From contig CAZNMJ010000001.1 of NCBI GenBank assembly GCA_964573815.1, positions 1 through 56,625 on the forward strand: 56,625 nucleotides of DNA, in the 5' to 3' direction. Each line of letters opens with the position of its first letter. Position 1 is the stretch's first letter. The DNA comes from an uncultured Anaerolineales bacterium (GTDB lineage: Bacteria; Chloroflexota; Anaerolineae; UBA7937; B3-Chlor). This document shows positions 14,825 to 21,805 of the stretch, piece by piece. A model generated the notes under the pieces. It searched no databases. It was not told where the DNA came from and saw only the letters and a program-made list of their open reading frames with translations. The position numbers and the translations under genes were made by a program.

Positions 14825-15146
14825 CTGTCACCTCCTTCTTGGCCGTGTCATAGTCAGATTCTCTAGTTAGCTGTCTGCAAAATCTCAGATTTTGGTCGAA
14901 AACCCACAAGAATCGCTTGGCGAGGAAGCTCAAAGCCGATAGCACGCGGTTTGAGCATACGGGACTCAGCATCAGGTCCGCCTCTTGGTTCGTCACTACC
15001 TCCGGCACCACACATAGCAGATCCCCCTCTGGCCCTGTCCACCAACCAAAGGCCCAGTCGTGCCTATAGGATGGTGGACCCCCGCCACATCGCCAGAAAC
15101 ACGGCAAGCGCGTTTTCCCTTGTGAGAGAGGGATCGAGCGGGTCAT
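14811..15146 (-). CDS. Hypothetical protein (111 aa). Its N-terminus is paralogous to the upstream gene.
   Basis: ATG overlaps the upstream stop (ATGA). GGAGG SD. Begins MTRSIPLSQGK. Confidence 0.5.
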   Translation of the reverse strand: MTRSIPLSQGKTRLPCFWRCGGGPPSYRHDWAFGWWTGPEGDLLCVVPEVVTNQEADLMLSPVCSNRVLSALSFLAKRFLWVFDQNLRFCRQLTRESDYDTAKKEVTGDSQ

Positions 15147-15319
15147 GATGCGGCCTCCTTCAATTTGGCAGCCAGGTCTTCTAGGGTGTGCTCAAACATG
15201 GTCAGAAGACCCCGGATAATGGCCATGTAATCCTCACGAATTGCTCTGACTTCTTCTTGGACTGACGCTTCATCCACTAGCGCCACCTTCCCTTGCGTGA
15301 GAGGGATTTCACGGGTCAT
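15143..15319 (-). CDS. Hypothetical protein (58 aa, below the track cutoff)
   Basis: Hand translated: MTREIPLTQGKVALVDEASVQEEVRAIREDYMAIIRGLLTMFEHTLEDLAAKLKEAAS. ATGA overlaps at both ends. Confidence 0.5.
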   Translation of the reverse strand: MTREIPLTQGKVALVDEASVQEEVRAIREDYMAIIRGLLTMFEHTLEDLAAKLKEAAS

Positions 15320-15534
15320 GGCTGGGGCTCCGCTAGAATCTCAAACGCGCGCTCGGCCTCCTCGGGCCAATGCAGAGCGCATCGAATTTGCTTTTCCAGT
15401 TGTGGGGATGGCAGCATAACGCCCGACTCCAACATGCTGATCTGGCGACGGTCAATCTCCAAGACTTCCGCTAGTTCCTGCTGAGACATATCACGCAGTG
15501 CTCGCATCGCTCGTAGCTTCGCCGCAAAGTTCAT
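15316..15534 (-). CDS. Cro-like XRE-family HTH regulator (first gene of the early operon)
   Basis: LRALRDMSQQELAEVLEIDRRQISMLESG is a canonical HTH_XRE segment. GGAGGAAGCA SD. Divergent from the CI-like gene. Confidence 0.8.
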   Translation of the reverse strand: MNFAAKLRAMRALRDMSQQELAEVLEIDRRQISMLESGVMLPSPQLEKQIRCALHWPEEAERAFEILAEPQP

Positions 15535-15550
15535 TGCTTCCTCCTGACCT

Positions 15551-15639
15551 CACATTCACGACCTGTATGACTTTCAGTCTGCCTGTGTATACCGGCTGGC
15601 AAAAAAACCCCTTCGCCCAGCACATTCAGTCTCTGTATG
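15551..15639. promoter_or_regulatory. Three operator-like repeats CACATTCA-N4-CTGTATG (15551..15569, 15621..15639) and TTTCAGTCTGCCTGTGTAT (15572..15590)
   Basis: Repeats read directly in the divergent intergenic region. One copy sits just downstream of the -10 of the early promoter. Confidence 0.5.
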
Positions 15640-15642
15640 CCA

Positions 15643-15671
15643 ATTATAGCAGGTCTGAGGGTGTTTGTCAA
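15643..15671 (-). promoter_or_regulatory. Early (PR-like) promoter: TTGACA (15671..15666), 17 nt spacer, TATAAT (15648..15643)
   Basis: Both hexamers match the sigma-70 consensus perfectly with a 17-nt spacer. The promoter faces the Cro-like gene. Confidence 0.7.
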
Positions 15672-15736
15672 GCGTTTTGGACGCAATGCGCCCACAATTC
15701 GTCGGAAATATGCTATACTTGCTGTGAGGGAATCGG

Positions 15737-16210
15737 ATGAACAAACTGACTAGGCGCGAACAAGAAATAGCCAAACGTGTTCGTAGCGCCCGAGAGAGCA
15801 TGAGACCGAAGGTCACCCAAGAAGAGGTTGGTAATAAGCTTGGGCTCAGCCAGGTCGGCTACAGCCATTATGAAGCATTCCGCGTGCCCTTCACTGTCGA
15901 ACAGCTTTTCAAGCTCTCCTCTATCCTTCGTCGCTCAGTCCACCATCTGCTTGGTCTTGAAACGGGACTCACGGAGTTGGAGGAGAAACTGCTTAGCTCC
16001 TTCCAGGAGATACAAGATGTTGAGTTCCAGTTAGCCGCTATTCTCGCTGTGAGGAATCAAGTACGGATGGCTCATCGCGTGCGGGACTTGCAGGAACGCC
16101 TTGCGAGGCAAGAACAAGAAGCTGGGCCGCCGTTTTCAGTGAGGCCAGAGCCGCACAGAGCAAGCGATAGCGGGGACATCGCGCACGCCGCTGACAGAGG
16201 AAGCAAATAG
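15737..16210 (+). CDS. CI-like XRE-family repressor with a C-terminal coiled-coil region
   Basis: VTQEEVGNKLGLSQVGYSHYE HTH segment. Divergent from the Cro-like gene. First gene of the plus-strand lysogeny block. TATACT at 15714..15719. Confidence 0.75.
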   Translation: MNKLTRREQEIAKRVRSARESMRPKVTQEEVGNKLGLSQVGYSHYEAFRVPFTVEQLFKLSSILRRSVHHLLGLETGLTELEEKLLSSFQEIQDVEFQLAAILAVRNQVRMAHRVRDLQERLARQEQEAGPPFSVRPEPHRASDSGDIAHAADRGSK

Positions 16211-16245
16211 GCCAGATGCATCTTCGCATTCGCTATAGTTCCGGG

Positions 16246-16259
16246 GGCCAACGTTGGCC
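16246..16259. repeat. Perfect 14-bp palindrome GGCCAACGTTGGCC downstream of the repressor gene
   Basis: Read directly. No T-run follows, so it is a weak terminator candidate or a binding site. Confidence 0.3.
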
Positions 16260-16272
16260 GCCACAACGGAAT

Positions 16273-16302
16273 TTGAGGCATCATTGCCTTTACTAATATA
16301 AT
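16273..16302 (+). promoter_or_regulatory. Moron promoter candidate: TTGAGG, 18 nt spacer, TATAAT
   Basis: Hexamers read in an AT-rich patch upstream of 16375..16590. Confidence 0.45.
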
Positions 16303-16374
16303 ACGTCCAGATGCGCCAATCTTAGTAAAGATTCCGTCAAGATGGAGGCTTGGGATCAATATCAGGAGGACATC

Positions 16375-16590
16375 ATGGTCGGTATGCTACAAATCCTCAC
16401 TTACTTGCTATGCGTCTATCTTGTGTATAAAGCAGTCGAGATCTTCCAGATAGCACTAATGAGTAGCAAGGAAGGACGCGGTACTGGATTGTTCATAGGC
16501 ACGATCGCAATCATTGCCAGCTTGGTGATTGGCGCATTGTTCGTGTATTTGATTGATACACAAGCGGCGTCAGTTTCGTCAGGTTTGTAA
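16375..16590 (+). CDS. Small membrane protein (71 aa, 2 TM). Moron or superinfection-exclusion candidate.
   Basis: CAGGAGGACATC-ATG. Hydrophobic segments MLQILTYLLCVYLVY and GLFIGTIAIIASLVIGALFVYLI. Confidence 0.6.
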   Translation: MVGMLQILTYLLCVYLVYKAVEIFQIALMSSKEGRGTGLFIGTIAIIASLVIGALFVYLIDTQAASVSSGL

Positions 16591-16645
16591 GCTCCTTTTC
16601 GGGTGATATGGAATGTGAAGTTTGCGCCAAATCTGGAGAAGGGAG

Positions 16646-17629
16646 ATGCGCCGAGCCATCGCCATAGCCGTGACACTTGCCCTCATCGCCTGCTCCCTAC
16701 CAATCCCAACCGTCCAACCAACCCGAACGGCGAAGCGCGGCGCGAAACCCCAGCTCGCCAGCACGGCAACGATTCGTCCCTCACCTACCTCGCAACGAAG
16801 TGAGCGCGCCCACCCCACAGCCTCTAGTTCCGCGCCAACCATCACGGTAGGGCCCACGGTGAGCATTTCAGGATGCAATCTGGCCTTCATCGCTGATACG
16901 AGCATGCCTGACGGAACTACTCTTGCGCTCAACTCGGTTTTCAGGAAGAAATGGCGGGTCAAGAACAGCGGGACTTGCACGTGGACCGAATCCATCAGAT
17001 TGGTGAATATCGGCGGGGAAAAGATGGGTCTCCCCGGCGACTCAGAGCCAGTACCCGAAACACCCCCTGGAGAAACCGTTGAGCTGAGCGTGCGCATGCG
17101 CGTGCCTCCTGATCCTGGCAACTACCGTAGCGACTGGCGACTATGCGCAAACGGGCAGTGTTTCGGAAGCGTGCTCTATATCTCAATCATAGCTCTGGCT
17201 CCGACCACTGCGCCGAGTCCGACTAGCACAAAGGGACCAATTCCGCTCAGGGTGAGTCTGTATTGCGAAGACATCATCACAAAGATGGGTATCTTGGTCA
17301 AGGCCTTAGAAAATGCAGGCCGCCTCTGTCGAGAGCCGCGGCTTCTTGATGCGGAATGGAAGCTCACGTTGGCCGCGAATATGGTCATCATCAAAATGAT
17401 GCATCAAGAGTTTCTTGAGATGGAAGTTCCGCCTGAGATGACGAAGATACATGAGGTAATGCTGTCCGCCACATCTGACTTCGACAAGGCGATGGACTAT
17501 CTGGCTGAGGGTGTGGATAGTTTCGGCGCAGCGGACATAGAGAAAGCCACAGAGCTGATGACCTCAGGAGCCGAAAAACTAGAGAGAGCGACGCAGATGG
17601 TGAGCGACTACAACGCGCAGTTTGAATGA
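16646..17629 (+). CDS. Lipoprotein with an NBR1-FW/Ig-like domain and a helical C-terminal domain
   Basis: Signal plus lipobox MRRAIAIAVTLALIAC. DTSMPDGTTLALNSVFRKKWRVKNSGTCTW...GETVELSVRMRVPPDPGNYRSDWRL matches the NBR1 FW pattern (expected PF16158). GGAGAAGGGAG SD. Confidence 0.65.
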   Translation: MRRAIAIAVTLALIACSLPIPTVQPTRTAKRGAKPQLASTATIRPSPTSQRSERAHPTASSSAPTITVGPTVSISGCNLAFIADTSMPDGTTLALNSVFRKKWRVKNSGTCTWTESIRLVNIGGEKMGLPGDSEPVPETPPGETVELSVRMRVPPDPGNYRSDWRLCANGQCFGSVLYISIIALAPTTAPSPTSTKGPIPLRVSLYCEDIITKMGILVKALENAGRLCREPRLLDAEWKLTLAANMVIIKMMHQEFLEMEVPPEMTKIHEVMLSATSDFDKAMDYLAEGVDSFGAADIEKATELMTSGAEKLERATQMVSDYNAQFE

Positions 17630-17776
17630 GGATCAGCCATGTCCCATCCTCCTGCCATCCCTCGCCTCTTCCCGCGCTGGGCCTACCGCGCTTTCTGCGC
17701 CCTCCACGCAGTCGCGTACCTGATCGGGCTGGGTTCGATTCTCATAGAGGAGTTCGCAAAGTGAAAGGAGATCAAA

Positions 17777-17938
17777 ATGCCTCGAAGAGCACCCTGGCAT
17801 TCGGTGAAACAACCCGTGTATCACAACAACTCGAACTGTAACACGGGGAATAACATCGAGCGCGAGAATGTCCGACAAGGCACCGGGGGCAAACGTCTCT
17901 GCAAGGAGTGCGCTGAATTGAATAGGCGAGGGCGCTAG
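17777..17938 (+). CDS. Small conserved Cys protein (53 aa, below the track cutoff)
   Basis: GAAAGGAGATCAAA-ATG. Hand translated: MPRRAPWHSVKQPVYHNNSNCNTGNNIERENVRQGTGGKRLCKECAELNRRGR. The pattern YH..S.C..GNNIE....G.GGK.LC..C is a widespread small-protein family as I recall it. Confidence 0.55.
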   Translation: MPRRAPWHSVKQPVYHNNSNCNTGNNIERENVRQGTGGKRLCKECAELNRRGR

Positions 17939-18210
17939 AATACCAGTTCCCAGAAGGGGCCGGTGGGTTCCCAGTCTATGATCTGCCAAACTCGGCGTAA
18001 TTCACTGGGCCGGAGGCCGTTCTCAGCTGCGACCGCGAAGGCCCTGAACCCCTCGGCGTGCGTCCCCTCGAAGCGAACTGTCCGCTCAGCGTAGGGGTGT
18101 CCATCGCCGCCCTGACAGGAGGCAAAGGTCTCGACGCCTGCGCCTCTCAGGACGAGCACGAAGTCTCTGATATCAGGATCAAGCGGGGGATCGAACTCGT
18201 GTTCAGTCAT
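17935..18210 (-). CDS. Hypothetical protein (91 aa), possibly translated from a leaderless mRNA
   Basis: ATG at 18210 lies 7 nt downstream of a TATACT hexamer and has no SD. Convergent with 17777..17938. Confidence 0.45.
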   Translation of the reverse strand: MTEHEFDPPLDPDIRDFVLVLRGAGVETFASCQGGDGHPYAERTVRFEGTHAEGFRAFAVAAENGLRPSELRRVWQIIDWEPTGPFWELVF

Positions 18211-18217
18211 CGCCAAT

Positions 18218-18246
18218 AGTATAGCCTTTCCACAAAGGATCAGCAA
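18218..18246 (-). promoter_or_regulatory. Promoter candidate: TTGCTG, 17 nt spacer, TATACT, for 17935..18210
   Basis: Hexamers read on the minus strand. The -10 ends 7 nt before the ATG. Confidence 0.4.
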
Positions 18247-18349
18247 GTTTCCGCGCCGTCATCGTAGCGATCATCTTAGAAAGGGTCTGCAATGGTCGAG
18301 GAATGGCTCCGGGCGTGGCTGGGGCTGAAACAATAAAGGAGGAACACTA

Positions 18350-18547
18350 ATGCCGAAGGATGAGTTTAGAGCCCGATTGGAGATTGAGTTGCTGCACTTA
18401 CTCCGAGCCAACTCAGAGATCCAAACCGTCATAAGGCAGATAGCGAGCGAGAGCATAACCGGGGCCATCAGACAAGGCTTCACGACGGTCCAAGACCAGA
18501 TCAGGAGCCTAGACGACAGGGTGTCTCAACTTGAAGAGAGCCAATAG
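18350..18547 (+). CDS. Small coiled-coil protein (65 aa)
   Basis: AAGGAGGAACACTA-ATG. Heptad-like sequence. Confidence 0.6.
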   Translation: MPKDEFRARLEIELLHLLRANSEIQTVIRQIASESITGAIRQGFTTVQDQIRSLDDRVSQLEESQ

Positions 18548-18762
18548 GACATTCATTGCACCCTTGATTGTGGCCGAAATGAGCAGGGGCCCGCCAGGGC
18601 AATCCCCGGTCTCACCACGCTTGGCATGGCCCCAGACAGCAAAAAGCCCCGCCTCGGCGGAGCTCATACGAGGTTCAGCATCGCGTGGTGGCGATGCTAA
18701 AACCGTTGCCTATAATTTCGCAGTAGCGCTGGGTCAGCCTAGACAAAGAAAGGAGCGCCCAA

Positions 18763-19512
18763 ATGACGCTTATCATCACAGAGATCAGTGAGTACGGAAT
18801 CGCCATGGTCGCCGACAGTGCCCTAACTTGGCGGTTCCGTCATCCATCAGCCGGACTACCTAGAACACTGATGGGGGTGCGCAAGCTTCAGCAGATTCCA
18901 CATTTGCGGGCCGGCATATCTTTCTGGGGATGTGCCTTGCTGCCGACGGCTGAAGGGGACAGTCTTCTTGCAGATGACTGGATGCGACACTTCGTTCAGC
19001 AACACGCGGATACGCAATCGCTGGATGAGTTCGCCGAGACGCTTGTTCAGAAGCTTCAGGCCACTGCCTCAACCATCGGGGAGCCTGTCGGCTTTCACCT
19101 GGGCGGATATGCTCAGAAGGAAGATCAGTCAGTCCCCACTCTCTATCATGTGAGGAATTGTGATGGAAATGCCCTGGAAGGCTACAAGTTACACGAATTT
19201 GTCAAGGGGTTGGAGTGGCCTCAGCCCCAGGAAGAGAAAACACCTCCTCCTTTCTGGCTCAGGAATGGTGACTATGGTGCCTACGCCATCCTCTTCAGAC
19301 CCTTTGACCGAGCCTTGTCGCAGATTGAACAACTGGTTACAAAGACGCCCATACCTGCCAGATCGTTGGAGGGTCGCATGGCGTACAACGCCCTGTGGGT
19401 GAGACTCATCTCCGACCTGTACGCCAGCGCTGAACTTCCCCAGACCATAGGCGGGGAGATCTATGCTCTGGGAATCGGCGCTGGCGGTGAGATCATCAGT
19501 TGGTCGAAATAG
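18763..19512 (+). CDS. Ntn-hydrolase / proteasome-beta(HslV)-like protein (tentative)
   Basis: N-terminus MTLIITEISEYGIAMVADSALT places Thr at position 2, followed by a GxxxVADS-type strand as in proteasome-type Ntn hydrolases. AAAGGAG SD. TATAAT at about 18711. Confidence 0.35.
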   Translation: MTLIITEISEYGIAMVADSALTWRFRHPSAGLPRTLMGVRKLQQIPHLRAGISFWGCALLPTAEGDSLLADDWMRHFVQQHADTQSLDEFAETLVQKLQATASTIGEPVGFHLGGYAQKEDQSVPTLYHVRNCDGNALEGYKLHEFVKGLEWPQPQEEKTPPPFWLRNGDYGAYAILFRPFDRALSQIEQLVTKTPIPARSLEGRMAYNALWVRLISDLYASAELPQTIGGEIYALGIGAGGEIISWSK

Positions 19513-19528
19513 GATCGATGAGTAAATC

Positions 19529-21010
19529 ATGTTTCGCGCTCTGATAGTAGCCGCCGTCTCCACCGGCGCACAGGCATCCGAAGAGAAGTATTCGCTCCCC
19601 CAGCAGATCGAGGCTTGTAGCGAAGTCTGCGAGGCCCGAGGCTGGCGCATCGTGGGCACGATTCAGATACGCGGCCACTCCCGCTACTACAACTGGCTGC
19701 ACGAGATCATCCGTGACTGCCCAGAGTATGGGGAGATGGTCTCGCTCATCGAGGGCAGCCGCATAGACCTGGTGGTGGTGCGCGACTATGACCGCCTCTG
19801 GCGCACCGACGCGCTCCGCGCCCAGGTCGCGGCCCTATGCCGCGAGCACGGCGTGCAGGTATTCTCGCTCAACCAGCCCGTCGAACCGGAGGACCCGGCC
19901 CACCTCCAAGACTCCACCGATTCTCGCCTCATCGTCGAAGCACTCTCCGGCATCATTGGCCAGCAGGAGAACCGCGCCCGCGTGCGACGCCTTCGCCTGG
20001 GCATGGCTGGGCGCATTCGGCGGGGGCTGCACCATTCCGGCGGCTATCCGCCCTACGGCTACCGACGCGACGGCGAAGGCTTGCTCATGCCGGATGAGGA
20101 AGAGGCCCCCTGGCTGAGGCAGATCTTCCAGCGCTACTTGGCCGGGCGAGGCATGAGGGGGATCGCCCAGGAGTTGACCGATATGGGCATCCCACCCCCT
20201 GGCGTCAAGCGCCCCACGATCCCCAATGCGGTGGGTTACTGGCGCTACCAGTCCGTGGGCGACATCCTCCGCAACCCGGTCTATAAGGGGGAGGCTTACT
20301 GGGGAGAGTTTCACAATCCGGACGGTCAACACCAAGCCCTGGTGGAAGCGGGGGACTTTGACCGCGTGCAGACGATCCTCAGCGAGCGAGGGCGGTTCCG
20401 GGACAGGCCCCAAGACGCAGAACGTGTGCTGCGCGGGTTGCTGCGCTGCGATTTCTGTGACCATGCCATGAGCTATCTACGCCTAGGCGGACGCCTGTAC
20501 TTACGATGTGGACTCTATGGGAGCACCAGCGGGAGGCGCTGCCAGTGCAACGGGCACACAGCCCACAGGGTTCATGGCTACGTATTGGCGCAGGTCCAGC
20601 AGCTCCTCCGAGATCCTGAAGAGTTCCTGCACATACGCGAGGAGGAACGCCAGAGTGAGGAGGCAAGGAGCGAATTGGAGGCCATAGACCGCCAACTCGC
20701 CGAGGCTGATCGCCGCTACGCACGTTGGAACCTTCTCTACGAGGAGGAGAAGATCAACGCTGACGAGCTATTGATGCACCGCCAGCGCGTCCACGGTCGG
20801 ACGGACCGCCTCCAGTCACAGAGAGACGAGCTACTAGGCCAAGTGGCTGACGAGACCCGCTTCAAGGAGGTGCTCGCCGATCTGAGCGAACTGGTTGGCC
20901 AAGTGGCTGACATGCCCTCCGATGAGCTGCGAGAGTTGATCTACGCGCCTCTGATCCGCCGGGTGGTTCTCAAGCGCGGGTCCCTTCCCCGGGTTGTATG
21001 GTGGCTATAG
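19529..21010 (+). CDS. int: Large serine recombinase (integrase)
   Basis: N-terminal resolvase fold ALIVAAVSTGAQASEEKYSLPQQ (catalytic Ser region). Recombinase domain GGYPPYGYRRD. Zn-ribbon CDFCDHAM...LRCG...RRCQCNGH. C-terminal coiled coil. Confidence 0.85.
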   Translation: MFRALIVAAVSTGAQASEEKYSLPQQIEACSEVCEARGWRIVGTIQIRGHSRYYNWLHEIIRDCPEYGEMVSLIEGSRIDLVVVRDYDRLWRTDALRAQVAALCREHGVQVFSLNQPVEPEDPAHLQDSTDSRLIVEALSGIIGQQENRARVRRLRLGMAGRIRRGLHHSGGYPPYGYRRDGEGLLMPDEEEAPWLRQIFQRYLAGRGMRGIAQELTDMGIPPPGVKRPTIPNAVGYWRYQSVGDILRNPVYKGEAYWGEFHNPDGQHQALVEAGDFDRVQTILSERGRFRDRPQDAERVLRGLLRCDFCDHAMSYLRLGGRLYLRCGLYGSTSGRRCQCNGHTAHRVHGYVLAQVQQLLRDPEEFLHIREEERQSEEARSELEAIDRQLAEADRRYARWNLLYEEEKINADELLMHRQRVHGRTDRLQSQRDELLGQVADETRFKEVLADLSELVGQVADMPSDELRELIYAPLIRRVVLKRGSLPRVVWWL

Positions 21011-21140
21011 TTTGAGCGCCCCCATGTCGATAGAGCCGTGCAACATACAAAGCCGAAGCCCCCCACGTGGTCGCCAAACGCAGGGGGCCCCGGCCAGGAG
21101 GTCACCAGCGGTAGGTCAGGCCGCTGGCGGCGGTAGATGT

Positions 21141-21452
21141 CTACGTCTTGCGTGGCCCGACGCCAGCCTTCCCCAGCAGATTCAGTATCGTCTCATATCC
21201 GAATGTTGCCAAGGACGCGCCGAAAAACCCGATGAGCACAGCCACGAAAATCGCTTCGGAGTCTGGTCGCCAGCCCGTCGCGATGCACTGAGCGATAACT
21301 GCCGCGAGCAGAGCGAGGCCCAGTACCAGGAGCGTCGTGTAGCGCCACTCAGCAAGGTAGCTCTTGAGCCATTGCCCGACCAGGGCGGCGAACATGGCTA
21401 CACCTCCTACTGTGAGAAGTGCGCCAACGCTTACAGGAAACTCGATTCCCAC
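21141..21452 (-). CDS. Holin-like membrane protein (103 aa, 3 TM)
   Basis: Three hydrophobic segments. It is the last gene of the late operon, adjacent to the XhlA-like and endolysin genes. Confidence 0.55.
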   Translation of the reverse strand: MGIEFPVSVGALLTVGGVAMFAALVGQWLKSYLAEWRYTTLLVLGLALLAAVIAQCIATGWRPDSEAIFVAVLIGFFGASLATFGYETILNLLGKAGVGPRKT

Positions 21453-21462
21453 GTTACACCTC

Positions 21463-21798
21463 CTAGATGTGACCGTTACGCTTCAGATACTCCAAAACAT
21501 TCCAGATAATGGCCCCGATCACGCCCCCCGTTCCCCCGCCGACGGCCAAGGCTCTGGCCATATTGATGCGCACGTTGGTCACGGTATTGGCGAGGCTCAT
21601 GACCGTCCTATACGCTCTCTCGCCGTTGGCGATTTGCACCTGGTAGGGGCAGCTTTCCTTGCGGGCTTCCAGCACTTGGTTGACCGTGGCCATGTGAGCA
21701 GTCACGGTCTTGTCTAGCTGGGTTTGCGCGTCTCGCACGCCTTCCAGTGCGCTTATAACTCGGGCCAAGTCGTGTTTCGTTGCGTATTCGTCAGCCAT
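21463..21798 (-). CDS. XhlA-like lysis-associated protein (coiled-coil N-terminus, C-terminal TM)
   Basis: Its architecture and its position between the endolysin and the holin fit this call. C-terminal segment ALAVGGGTGGVIGAIIWNVL (expected PF10779). Confidence 0.45.
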   Translation of the reverse strand: MADEYATKHDLARVISALEGVRDAQTQLDKTVTAHMATVNQVLEARKESCPYQVQIANGERAYRTVMSLANTVTNVRINMARALAVGGGTGGVIGAIIWNVLEYLKRNGHI

Positions 21799-21805
21799 TT
21801 CGCCC

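Noticed and set aside
17735-17755. GGGTTCGATTC, which resembles a tRNA T-loop and might mark a tRNA fragment or an att site
   Set aside because: The flanking bases cannot form a T stem or an acceptor stem, and no other tRNA elements are nearby.
17626-17841. 71-aa plus-strand ORF following the lipoprotein gene
   Set aside because: It is Pro/Arg-rich with no SD, and it overlaps the better-supported 53-aa gene (17777..17938), which has a strong SD and a recognisable Cys motif.
21011-21140. Hairpins between int and the holin gene as attP or a bidirectional terminator
   Set aside because: The stems (GCCCCC/GGGGGC with an 18-nt loop; CCAGCGG/CCGCTGG) lack T-runs and lack the long imperfect dyad expected for a serine-integrase attP. 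They cannot be assigned from sequence alone.
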